Assembly: GCA_973895155.1 (NCBI GenBank)
Contig: OZ316891.1
Location: forward strand, 24,551,899 to 24,615,898
Origin: Marsupella aquatica
Taxonomy: Eukaryota > Plantae > Marchantiophyta
Direction of reading: 5' to 3'
DNA length: 64,000 bases
Made by a program: the position numbers and the translations under genes. The notes under the pieces were generated by a model that worked only from the letters and a program-made list of their open reading frames with translations, did no database searches and was not told the origin of the DNA. Shown here piece by piece: positions 26,001 to 36,800 of this stretch. Position 1 is the first letter of the stretch; each line of letters starts with the position of its first letter.

Positions 26001-27658
26001 CTGCATCGGCAAGTCTTCCTTCCTGGGCCTAAACACCTGCTCGATCGTAGGACTAACAGGTGGTTGAGGCTTCTCAGCCAACGGCCTCGGCGTTGGAGCT
26101 TCCTCGGGTGCCCTTACCTGCAGGGGAAGTACCGGGGCAAAAGTCTGACCTCTGGCATACCGGCACAACAGCGGCATGTGATAGCCAAGCCGCGACACGC
26201 TCCCCATGCCGATTACCTGCTGCTCCTCCTTTAAGATCTTCTTCAATTGGTTGAGGAGGTACCCGTTGTAGTCCCGGCTTGGGTCTGGCCTTTCTGCCAG
26301 ATAGACCTGTGCCTTGCCGATCTCTGCCCTCGGTAAGTTACAATGCATGGTCACCCGCAAGAAGTCGATCATCTCTCCTATGTGCGGGTTGGTGCAGGTG
26401 TTCCGGAAGAAGCCATTCTTCGTTGATGGCCCGGGGAACGACCGGAACTCCTTGTCAGGCAAGGTCTTCCTGGTATCAACTTTGGTCTTATTGCCCATCG
26501 GCAAGCCAAACACTTCGGCAATCACCTTGGGAGTAAGATAGAAATCCTTCCCATATATCCTCGTGCAATTGGTCTCGGGTTCCCATGACCCCACGAATTC
26601 TAATAGGTCTGACTCCGGTACCTCCGGCTTCAGCCATGGTAATCTTACAAAGGCCTCCAAGCCGGATCCGGCCATGAAGCCTTGGTACTTCTTGGTCTGC
26701 ATGGCCGTAAAGCATGCATCCTCCTCCCGTGCAAAATGTAGTTGCACCTCCACCGGTAGGGTTGCCGCCCAGCCCTTCCAGGTGTCATCCCTGGTTGGAA
26801 TGGCCTTGATGGGATCGACCTCCTCCTCTTCGGCTTCTCCCTGCCTCCTGCTCGGCTGGCTTCTTTGGTGCCGCCGACCTCGTTCTTTTTGCCGGGGTGG
26901 CTTCATCGTTGATGGCCCCCTTCCTCTTCATCTCTGCTGCCGTGGAGGTTTCTCCTAGCACCGTTGCCCGGGTCCACCTTTCCGTGCTACCCTTTAATTC
27001 CCAGTGTATGTCGTTGCAGTTCTTGATGGCCTCTCGGATGCCGACGACGCTGTCTTTGCAAAACAGAAGATCGTCAAGTTGATTGGAAGTAGGTGTCCAC
27101 AGGAACTCGTCCTTGATGAGTTCGCCTCCTAAGAAAGCCGTCTTCTGCAGCTCCCACAATTGAGCGAGCTCCTGCCGTTCTCGAGCTGCCCTTTCTGACT
27201 CCTCGTCCTCGTAAGTCTTGATGTACTCAGTTGCCCGTTCGAACAGGCATCCCCAGAAATGTGCCGCTTGATTGACGTTGCTCATACCCTCCTTAGGTCG
27301 ATCGTCGGTATCTACTCTCTCCCCGAGTGCTTGCCTAAGCAGCTGACAGTAGTTGGCCTCCCGTAGTCGTCTGCCTAGTTCGTGCTCGCAAATGAGCCAC
27401 CATCTCCTGCAAGCGCTCCTTACCCCTCTCCTCTGCCGGTCCTTCTTCCCGTTGATCCTTCCTAGCCGCCGACGCTTAACGCGCCCTAACCCTAATCGGG
27501 TTTTCACCCTCAGCCTTACCTCCGGCCTCTGCCCGGGTTCCATGGTTGCCCCTAATTGTTTATATTTTCCTTGTTTTGTCACTATACTAAGGTGTTCCTA
27601 GGGTGCCTTCCTGCTTTACCCACTTAACCGGCCGAGTGATTCCTGTCTAGGCATCACA
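23031..27658 (-). repeat. 3' LTR (4,628 bp)
   Basis: Near-identical to 33883-38516 (roughly 20-25 substitutions by eye and one 6-bp microsatellite indel). Confidence 0.96.
23952..27543 (-). pseudogene. LTR-encoded ORF in the 3' LTR, frameshifted by an 8-bp deletion near 26850
   Basis: Track ORFs 26785-27582 and 23952-26906; the copies at 53.68 kb and 61.73 kb keep the 8 nt and read through (KKPAEQQSRRQGEAE). Confidence 0.88.
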
Positions 27659-30600
27659 TAGCTCCCCACTTAATTGTGAAGCGTCCTCGCGAACAACTTC
27701 ATCTTCGTCCATATAGTATTTCTTGAGGCGGTCATAATGGATGCGAACTGGATATACCTCTCCCGTAATGTTGGCCAATTGCACGGAGCCATTGGGGAAC
27801 ATCATGGTTACTCTAAAGGGTCCTAACCAGCGAGTGTAAAGCTTTCCTGGAAACCTACTATACCTACTGTCATAAAGTAGCACAAGATCACCGGTATGAA
27901 TACTAACTACTTTTAACCTTTTATCATACTGCTGCTTCATGATATTCTGTCTATATTCTACTCTCTCGGCTGAAATCATTCTCGCTGCCTCTAAAGCTTC
28001 TAACCTATATTCTTGCTCCTTTAGGCTCTCCTCCGCTGAGGCTCTTTCCTCAATTGTAACTTGAAATGTCGGTATCTCAAGTTGCATGGGTACCAGGGCT
28101 TCTTGTCCAAAGGTTAAGAAGAAGGGTGTATGACCGGTAGTGGATTTATAGGCAAGATCGTAAGCAAAAACAGCAGCAAACAATTTATCATCCCAATCGA
28201 GTTTGTTCTGAGCTACTGTCTTGTTCAATATCTTTCCTATGATTCCGTTTGCTCGTTCTGTCAACCCGTTTGCCTTTGGATGGTAGGGAGTAGTAGGCCT
28301 ATGTTTAACTAAATACTGCTCATTTAAACGACTAATTATATCATTCAAAAAATGGGTTCCTCTATCACTAACTAATTCTAGGGGTGCTCCATACCTGGTG
28401 AAGATCTGCTCATACATGAATCTAGCCGTAGTAATTGCATCATCCTTCGTTGTTGGTCTGGCCTCTACCCATTTAGTTGCATAATCCGTAGCCAGGATTA
28501 TGTACTTGTTCCGTCGAGGGTGGGTCAGTGGTTTCAGAGGTCCAATGTAATCAATACCCCACTTCTCGAATGGTGCCAGAGGTAGAATAGGGTGCAGTGG
28601 ATGCCTGGTGGACGCCCTTGGTCCTCCCGCTCGTTGACAAGGATCGCATTGTTTGATAAACTGATAGACATCTTTGTGCAAGGTGGGCCACCAGTAACTG
28701 ACATTTAATATCTTCTTAGACGTGGTTACTGGGGCAAAATGTCCTCCGGCCTCCTCTCCATGCATGGCCCGTAGGACTCGTTTTACCTCTCTCTTTTCCA
28801 AACACCTTTGAATCGTGCCGTTGATTCCATGCTTGTGCAGTATGCCTTTAATGCACTGATACTGTCTGACCTTCCGCACAAAGACTGCGGCTTGCTCTCG
28901 GCTTAATCCTGGCTGTAATCTGGAAGTGCTGAGAAATTGTAAAATCTCAGGGTACCATGTACCAGCTATTTCTACAACAAATAGCTCCTCGTCGGGGAAT
29001 CGATCATCGATGCAATCCGTGGCAGGTTTACCTGTGATCCTTGAAAAGAAGTCGGCATTGGCATGTAACTTTCCCGGCTTGATCCTCAGCTCATAGTCAA
29101 ACTCCTGTAATAGCAAAATCCATCTTGCTACTCTGCCTGTAAGGTCCGGCTTATTGACTAGGTACTTCAAACTTTCATGATCAGTATGAAAGATTACCTT
29201 GTACCCTAGTAAATAATGCCTAAACTTTTTACAAGAATAAATGACTCCTAATGCTTCTCTTTCCGTGGTAGAGTAGTTCCGTTCGGCATCGGCAAGCTGA
29301 CGGCTTGCGAAGTATATGGGATGGTCCCTTCCTTTCTCATCCAACTGACTTAGTACTGAGCCAATACAGAAGCCCGAGACATCTACAAAAACATGAAAAT
29401 CTTTGTTCCAGTCCGGTGCTATCATGACTGGGGCCTCTACTAACATCTGCTTCAATTCTACCACCGCTGTGACTCGTTCGGGTGTGGGTTCGAAGTCTGC
29501 TCCTGCCTTGAGCATATTGGTTAATGGTAAAGCTAGCTTGGCAAAATCCTTGATGAACCGGCGATAGTAACCAATGCATCCCAAGAAGGATCTTACATCC
29601 TTTATGTTCTTAGGTTGCATGATATCTAGCCATACTGCTAGCTTACCTTTGTCAATCTCAATGCCCTTCCTTGATACCTTGTGACCTAGTAGCACCCCCT
29701 CGGTTACTGCAAAAAAACATTTATCTGGGTGTAACTTGAGACCCACCTCTCTACATCTCATGAAGGTTTTCCTGAGGTATTTAGCATGTTTCGATGCCTT
29801 CCCGAATACTGCAAAGTCATCAATGAAGATTTCCATGAACTTTCTCAAGTAATCATGAAAAATGTTCACCATTAATCGTTGGAACATAGCTGGTGCGTTG
29901 CAGAGTCCAAACGGCATACGATTGAAGACATAGATCCCCCATTCCGTGATGAAGGCCGTCTTGATTTGGTCTTCCTGCCGAATCCTGATTTGGTTATAAC
30001 CAGAGTATCCATCCATGAATGAATATAGTTCATGACTGGCTACCATGTCTAGTACCATATCAGTAAACGGTAAAGGAAAATGGTCTTTTAATGTTGCTTC
30101 ATTCAGCTTCCTGTAATCCTGACAAACCCGGATCTTGGGTTTACCATCGGGTCCAGCTTTCTTGGGCACTATCACAATTGGAGACACCCAGTCTGAATGC
30201 AGGACTGGAGTGATGAATCCAGCTTCCACTAGTTTGTCGATTTCTGTTTTGACCAGCAGGGAATACTTCGGGTTCATCCTTCGAATTGGTTGTCAAAATG
30301 ATTTGGCTCCTAACATGAGATCAATTCGATGTTCCCCTAGTGTTGGATCTACTCCCTTTAGATCTTGGTGACTCCATGCAAACACATCCTGAAATTCAAT
30401 CAATAAGTCACTGATCTCTTTCTCGAGCTCAGGTGCTAGGTTTCTCCCTAAGTTCAGTTCTCTTCCCTCTCCTAAGTCGAGCTTCCGATATTGCCGTGCT
30501 TGGATCATATTAATCTGCTTCTTCAAATTCGGGTCCAGTTCGGCTTCCAGTCTCTCTAATCTCATACCTCCATAAACTGGGATCTCGGCTGGACTAGCCG

Positions 30601-30889
30601 AGTCGGTCCCTTCCTTGGTGTCCATAGATTGTCCCCTTACCGGTCTATTTGGTTTTGAATTAGTGGTCGGCTCCCCTTCCTGCCTTGGCTCTAGATCGTG
30701 TCTGTCCATCTCATCCACCTCTTGCTCCTGAGAGTTAGGCCGCTGTGCTCTCTCGGCTTCTAATAGGGCCTCAATTTGTTCTGCCCTTGTAATCGGCTTG
30801 TATGCCGATCCCTTGGTATTTAATTCCTTGCCGATGATCGATGGCGTTGTGGACCCCGTCGGCTCTGCCACAACGCCTGCAGAAAATCC
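27647..30889 (-). CDS. pol: pol (RT-RNase H-integrase), entered by -1 frameshift; one in-frame TGA at 30293-30295
   Basis: RT: WVSPIVIVPKK, DYRKLN, FMDGYSGYNQI, MPFGLCNAP, FIDD. RNase H: FVDVSG, YSTTEREAL, TDH. INT: H-H-C-C, WGIDYIG, SDRGTHF, NGLTER, WLGPF. The stop lies within the first 12 nt of the 3' LTR. Confidence 0.93.
27659..27672 (-). other. Polypurine tract
   Basis: Minus strand AAGTGGGGAGCTA immediately before the TGTGATGCC LTR start; same sequence at 58597-58609 in the other element. Confidence 0.7.
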
Positions 30890-33813
30890 ACTGTCCCTGC
30901 TACTGCTCCCCACTTAGCCGTTTCATCCAATTGGTCTACATCCTTAACTTCCTCCGGAATTGCAGCTAAAAAGGTGGATTCTATTGTAAAGCAGTCCTCG
31001 ACCTCTTCGTCTTCTTCTTCCAAGTCACCTTCCATTGGTTCTTGCCATAATCCGCTGGGGGGTACCTCTGGTCCAAAGACACCTTCTTCGGTTAGGTTAG
31101 TGAGGCATTCTAACCAACGTACTTCATCGGCTGACTCCAGTCCACTATCGTACCCATCTACTTCCCTTATGCTTTTCCTACGGTCATCCTTAGTGTCCCA
31201 GGATACCGTGATAGAGGGGGTCCCGAAAGTGAACTGCTTTTTACCCCAATCTTCTATTACCTCGGCTAGGTACAGCCATGGCCTACCAATCAATAGCCGG
31301 AATGATGTAGGATTTACCGGCTTCATTACTACATAGTTAATGCTAAAGAAGATACCTCCTATCTCTGTCTTGATGCCGGTTAACACTCCCGTCGGAATGA
31401 CCTGATATCCATTGGCCATGTTCAACACTCTTCCAGTCATCTCCGGTGTTAGACCCCACCCTTTTGCTGTTGAATCAATCATAATACATACCCCTGATCC
31501 TCCATCGATGGGTACCCGTAGTAATAATTCTCCTTGAATCATTAATGGTAATGCTGGGGCTCCTTGATCTTCTTCTATCATTAGTACGTCGGATCTGGTT
31601 GCTACCTTGGGTAATCTCGGCTTGCCGAGAATAGCCTTCCTTAATTGCTTCCGGAAGTACGGGCTATTTTTCAATAGTTGACCTACTGTTGCCGAGACTC
31701 TAGATTCTAGTACATCTTTAGCCAGGTCATAGGGAACAATCGGCTTCTCTTCTGGTGGTGTTTCCGTCTTGGATTCGGCCAGTTTTGCCACGCTAGTCTC
31801 CACAGCTGTTGGGTCTTCCGAAGCAAACAATGCTTTTGCTCGTTTTACATCCTTGGCAATGGCTTCGGTATTCTCCAGGGTTTCTAATTCTCTTAGTTGT
31901 TCCTTAACACTAGCCGTAACAGAGGGGTAGAACAACTTAGGATGATCTCGATTGAAGTCGCTATCTTGTGAAGGATTGGTTTCACTGGTGGGCTCATGGC
32001 TTACCTGTATTGCCGGAGCCCTCCCTTCTCCTTCTGTTGATGTTGACGAAGAGTCGATCCTTTCCTCCGTAACCTTCCCTTTATTTTTGGCCAGCCCATC
32101 CCACCTTTCCTTCCTTCTGGTAGATCGAGTAGAGACCCGGTAGCAATCATGATCTAAATCCTCCTCTGAGAAGGTTGATAGGGCTTCGGCCTCATCATCA
32201 GATGGTACGAACTCTGCCTCGGCATCCTCTTGCCATCCTAGTTCGATGTGGTTGATTTGAACTCCTCCGGGGGTAGTACCTGGCGGTAAGATCTTGATCG
32301 GCAAAAGCTTATGATTTGCGGCCAGGCCTGCCAACCAAGTAGGACATTGTCCTAGCATATGACCTTCCTGTCGGCATCCCATACATAGCTGAGCTGGTTG
32401 TCCATCACCCTGTTTGCGTGCATTCGGGCATTCTCTAGCAAAATGGCCAGGTTGACCACAATTATAGCACGCCGCAAATCTTTGCACATTCGGCCTAGGA
32501 GGTACTGACGGGTTCTGAATAATCCGAGGATACATCTCTCCTGGATTGTTCCTTAATCCTGACCACAGAGATGCAGGTCTGTTGGATAGGTCTTGTGCTC
32601 CAGTCTCACTGATGCCGAAAACACTATCAGCGGCATCTCCCAAAAAGTACTCTACTTCTCCCTGACATGGTCTGATCTCGGCCACATGCCAAACATGATT
32701 AGTATTAAGCTTAGGACACGCATCTTTATGGTGTCCGGTTTTATAACATAAGGCACACCATACAGAGCTATCCTCCTGTACTACCTTCTTCTTTGGTTTT
32801 ACCTCTGCAATGATAGCCTTAAGTTGCTCGGTAAGGGCTACGATGTTATCTGGTGGCTTAGCCTCCATCTTGACTTTCGTCTTCCCTCTCCTTCTGCCCT
32901 TCCTTTTCCTAGTTCTTTCTTCTTCAGAACTAGAAGATGACTCACTCTTGCTACTCCCACTATCCGAGCTTGACTTATCACTTCTAGACTTCTTGGAATG
33001 TTTCTTCTTCTTATCTTTTTTCTTATGGGGTGATCCCTCCTCTGATGAGGAACTCTCAGACTTAAGCTGTTTCTTCCGGCTTGTGATATCTGCATTAATG
33101 TATAATTGAATATCCTTAATTGCTTCGGCTAAAGTCTCCGGGTTCTCCTTCCTAATTGCAAAACTCATCTTCTGTGGCAAAGCATTCACCAACCATTGAA
33201 GTTGCATACCTTCAGATGCATTGGTCTTTGTACGTCTTACCAGTTTCTGAAAGCGTTGCAAGAACTTCCTGAAGGATTTGTTCTCCTTGAACCGAAGTTG
33301 TCCCAACTTCAGCACTGCTAGTTCTGAAGTTCCAATGGGTCGAAACTCCTTAACAAAGAGTGTTTTGAAGATATCCCAGATGGCTTGATCTTCCACATCT
33401 AATGCTCTGTACCAAGGCCTAGCCTCACCCTTGAACAGGCCGGGAAGAATCTGCATCTTGATGGCCGATTCTCCATTTGCTGCAGCGGTTCCCTCGAAAT
33501 CATCCAACCATTCGTCCGGATCCTCATCTCCTCTCCCATGAAATGCCTTGTAATGTATGCGCGACCGCTGGCTCAATCTGGTCCCTGGCCTCTCGTTTGG
33601 CCGTGCCTCTGGTTCCCCCATGTCGGTTGGAGACTCACTTCTCCTTACCGACTCTTCTTCTGGTATGTCTTCTTCGACGCCACTTCCAGTTTCGGAGCTA
33701 CCAGCTCTTTCTGCCCCTCTCAGTCGCTGTGTATCATGCCACCCGGCGAGCTGCTGCAGTCGAGCTCTCTCCCGTTGAATCACTCTTTCTTCCCTCGGCG
33801 TAAGGTCAGTCAT
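30820..33813 (-). CDS. gag: gag-protease ORF (997 aa; three CCHC knuckles; aspartic protease VPIDGGSG)
   Basis: Retrotransposon gag core (DPDEWLDDFE…ARPWY…), CX2CX4HX4C three times, IDGGS…LLIGRPWL protease motifs. Confidence 0.93.
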   Translation of the reverse strand: MTDLTPREERVIQRERARLQQLAGWHDTQRLRGAERAGSSETGSGVEEDIPEEESVRRSESPTDMGEPEARPNERPGTRLSQRSRIHYKAFHGRGDEDPDEWLDDFEGTAAANGESAIKMQILPGLFKGEARPWYRALDVEDQAIWDIFKTLFVKEFRPIGTSELAVLKLGQLRFKENKSFRKFLQRFQKLVRRTKTNASEGMQLQWLVNALPQKMSFAIRKENPETLAEAIKDIQLYINADITSRKKQLKSESSSSEEGSPHKKKDKKKKHSKKSRSDKSSSDSGSSKSESSSSSEEERTRKRKGRRRGKTKVKMEAKPPDNIVALTEQLKAIIAEVKPKKKVVQEDSSVWCALCYKTGHHKDACPKLNTNHVWHVAEIRPCQGEVEYFLGDAADSVFGISETGAQDLSNRPASLWSGLRNNPGEMYPRIIQNPSVPPRPNVQRFAACYNCGQPGHFARECPNARKQGDGQPAQLCMGCRQEGHMLGQCPTWLAGLAANHKLLPIKILPPGTTPGGVQINHIELGWQEDAEAEFVPSDDEAEALSTFSEEDLDHDCYRVSTRSTRRKERWDGLAKNKGKVTEERIDSSSTSTEGEGRAPAIQVSHEPTSETNPSQDSDFNRDHPKLFYPSVTASVKEQLRELETLENTEAIAKDVKRAKALFASEDPTAVETSVAKLAESKTETPPEEKPIVPYDLAKDVLESRVSATVGQLLKNSPYFRKQLRKAILGKPRLPKVATRSDVLMIEEDQGAPALPLMIQGELLLRVPIDGGSGVCIMIDSTAKGWGLTPEMTGRVLNMANGYQVIPTGVLTGIKTEIGGIFFSINYVVMKPVNPTSFRLLIGRPWLYLAEVIEDWGKKQFTFGTPSITVSWDTKDDRRKSIREVDGYDSGLESADEVRWLECLTNLTEEGVFGPEVPPSGLWQEPMEGDLEEEDEEVEDCFTIESTFLAAIPEEVKDVDQLDETAKWGAVAGTVDFLQALWQSRRGPQRHRSSARN
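30830..30889 (-). promoter_or_regulatory. Putative -1 programmed ribosomal frameshift signal
   Basis: Minus strand G GAT TTT, 5-nt spacer, 10-bp stem GGCGTTGTGG/CCACAACGCC; loop GCCGA can pair with downstream TCGGC; conserved at 55360-55419. Confidence 0.75.
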
Positions 33814-33860
33814 TACCTACGCTTCCGTTCTAACTTCATATCTCACGGCTTAAGAAATGC

Positions 33861-33878
33861 CCCCTCCATCTAGTGCCA
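33861..33878 (-). other. Primer-binding site, tRNA-Asn type
   Basis: Minus strand TGGCACTAGATGGAGGGG, 4 nt inside the 5' LTR boundary. Confidence 0.8.
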
Positions 33879-33882
33879 AAAA

Positions 33883-36800
33883 TGTGGTGCGTCCCATGGC
33901 TCCCTAAACCCAAGAAACCCCCCAGCTCAAGCCGATTCCCGCAGGTTTCGTGCTTGGCGAGGCCGTTTCCGCGGCTTAGCGGCATGGGACGCTGCTAACC
34001 TTCTACTACTACTATTAACATTTTACACACATATACTGGACAGATCCTTCATCGGGTCATGAGATACGTAGCCGGCCTAATATAGGCCTTCCCTTGTCTT
34101 CCCCTGTCTTCCCCTCCGTCTTGTTAGGTATGTTTGGATTCCGCCGCCGGAATGATCCCCAATAGGCTTGGTTAAGCCGCTAAGACCTCTCTTAGCTCGA
34201 CACATCCAACTATCACTCCCCTGCTTACTTTCCTTCCTTCTGTTGATGTGGGCACTCTTCACACAAGTTAATGCGACACACAAATAGCAAAATGACTCAT
34301 TCTGACTGAGTCATACCATGCACTTGCCATACAAACAGTACATCTCATACACAAGTTCTGCGAACTAAGCCGTGAGACCAACTCTATTCAGCTCTTAGGC
34401 ATGAGGAAACATGAATATACACAAGGGTCACTGTATGACTAACCGAGAGCTTCTCGTACTACTTGATCCCAGCCCGGCTGGTGCAAACTAAAAACTTGCT
34501 AAAGAAGAGGCCCTGAGCTCCCCGCTGCCCAGGTACTTATCCTGGTAGTGGATCCGCCATTCTTTGCATCGTAAGCCTAATCTACCTGACAGTAATCTAC
34601 TTGCCCGAATCTACCTATGTACAGCAAGGCAGGAGCACAAGTGTTGCTCCTACCAGTGGAACCGCAATCCCACTAAGCTAAGTGTCAGGGCCGCTCCTGG
34701 TTCTGATCCTAATCCTAAACGTGGAGATCCGCGCCCGCCCTGCCCACTCACGCCTCCTCCCTCCACGTCCGCCCTCCCTAAAAGGAACGGCGCCCTTGCA
34801 CCGTCACGACACCGGTGGTGGATCCTCAATGGACGCCCCCAACACTTCCTCCTCAGCCACTGCCGTTGGCCCGCCTACTGACAGATTACCTGCCCTTGAC
34901 CGAGTCAACTCTCCATCGGCCTAACTGGGTCCACCTTCGGCTTCAGCCTCGACACCGGCCTCGGCAATACCCACGGCTTCGGCCTCAGCCACTCCCACGG
35001 CTTCGGCCTCCCCTTCCCCTAGGGTAGTTGGATCCTTAGCCGTGACCCTGTCTGGGGTCGGTGCTGGGTCTACCTCCTTGATCACCACGGCCTGTGAAGT
35101 CGTATTACTCCTTGACCCTGGAGGTTTCCGCTTCTTCTTCATTGGTGGCTCGGCAGCTGGTCCCTTCCCCTTCCCACTTACTTCCGGCACTGGTGCAGTT
35201 GACGCGGCTTGTCCTTCGGCAATTACCACCCCTGGTAACTGGTTTGTCCCAACGGGAGATGGACCTGCTGCAGCTAAGCATTTAAATACTGCGGCTTGTT
35301 TCTTCAGCCGCTCTGTTTGGTTGTCGGCCTGCCGCTGTAGGTTCTCCATCTTCCTCGTGATTTCCTCCAACTCCTCTTGGGTTTCATCCAGGTCCTTACG
35401 TGCCCCCTCCAACTCGTTTTTGGCCTCCTCCTGCTCCCTGTGGGCTTCCTCCAATTCCTTCTTCAAGGTAGCCCTCTCCTCCTGGGTTGCTCTTAGCTCC
35501 TTGTCGAGCTCTGCAATGATGACAGACTCCATCTGGTTCATCTTGGCGTAAGTCTGTTCGAGCATCTCGTCCTTCTCCCTTAGGTCGGCCTTGAAGCTGG
35601 CCGTCAGGGACGCAAGCTCCTGCTGCAGCGCCATAATCCCTTGATAGGATTTCCCTAACTCGACCTCCTTCTGCTCAAGGGCTCCGCGGATTTTCTCGAG
35701 CTCCCCTTTCAACGCCCATTCCTTTCTTTGGGTCTCCGCCATGGCCCGGCTGTTGGCTGTTATGTGGGCCTCCTCTATATTCTTCAGCTCTTGCTTCCAC
35801 TTCTCCCTCTCTTTGATCGTGTCGGCCAACTCTTCCTGCGTCTGAGTCAGTTTATCCTTGATATTCTGATTATCAGCCTGCGCGGTGTCCAACTGCCCCT
35901 GCATGATGTTCAGCTCATGTCGTTTAATCCGCAGTTCATCTTGGGCTTTCTTGGCCGCCCTTAGATTTTCAATCTCGGCTTCCATCCTCCTAAGCCGCCG
36001 AATGACCTCGTCCTTCTTGCTTCTCTCTAAAGCCACCGCTTCTTCTAATTGGTGCTTCTCCAACTGCTCCCTGTGAAAAAAGGGTCCTACCTCCAACTCC
36101 TCTCCAAAGATGCCGAGCGCAAGTTCCCCACACATCTCACCATACTCCATGGCTCTATTCTTAGCGTAGGTGGAGTAAGTAGAAGTGATCGGCATCGCCC
36201 ATCGCGGCCTCTGCTCCCACGCCGTCCTGCGGATCTCTTCAATCGTGGCTAGAGGTTTGCTTCCTTTTTCGGCTAGCCGCCTGATGTCCTCCGGCCAATC
36301 TCCTCCTGGTAAATCCTTTTCCTTAGCCAGGGCGGCCTCTTCCTCCTGCTTGATTCGCTCCTGAAATTCCTGCACCGTCTGTTTTATGCCGTCGAAGCTC
36401 GGGGGAGCGACATCTGGTGGGGGAGACTCAGGGCTACTCTGCTGGTTGGGGTCCCCTCGCACTACCCTTGGAAGTGTGGGGACAAACCGGCCACAGGTCC
36501 TTACTCCTGGAACGTGATGGTCCGACCCATAGCCGGAATTATCATGGCTGCAGTCCTCCACTGCCTCCTCTACCTCTTGGACGTCCGGCTTCTCCCTCTC
36601 CTCTTCCTCGGTAGGAGCTTCAGGCAATTCTGCCTCAGATTCGGAGCTTGAGGTTCCCACGTACATTCGAACACCTGGCTTGGATTCCGGCCTGATTCTC
36701 TCCTTGTCTCCAGCAAAGGGGTTTTCTCTTGTGAGCCGGTGTAGGCCTACCTCTGTAGTAGTGTCCTGCATTGTTGCCGTTGCCGTTGTTGTTGTTGTTG

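Noticed and set aside
24190-26958. Recurrent antisense and alternate-frame ORFs in the LTRs (e.g. MPISALGKLQ…, MQLVSGSHDP…)
   Set aside because: They recur only because the LTR is repeated; they are shadows of the main ORF with no recognisable motifs.
23952-27543. env gene call for the LTR ORF
   Set aside because: No signal peptide or transmembrane segment is visible; the protein is hydrophilic with a coiled coil and basic patches.
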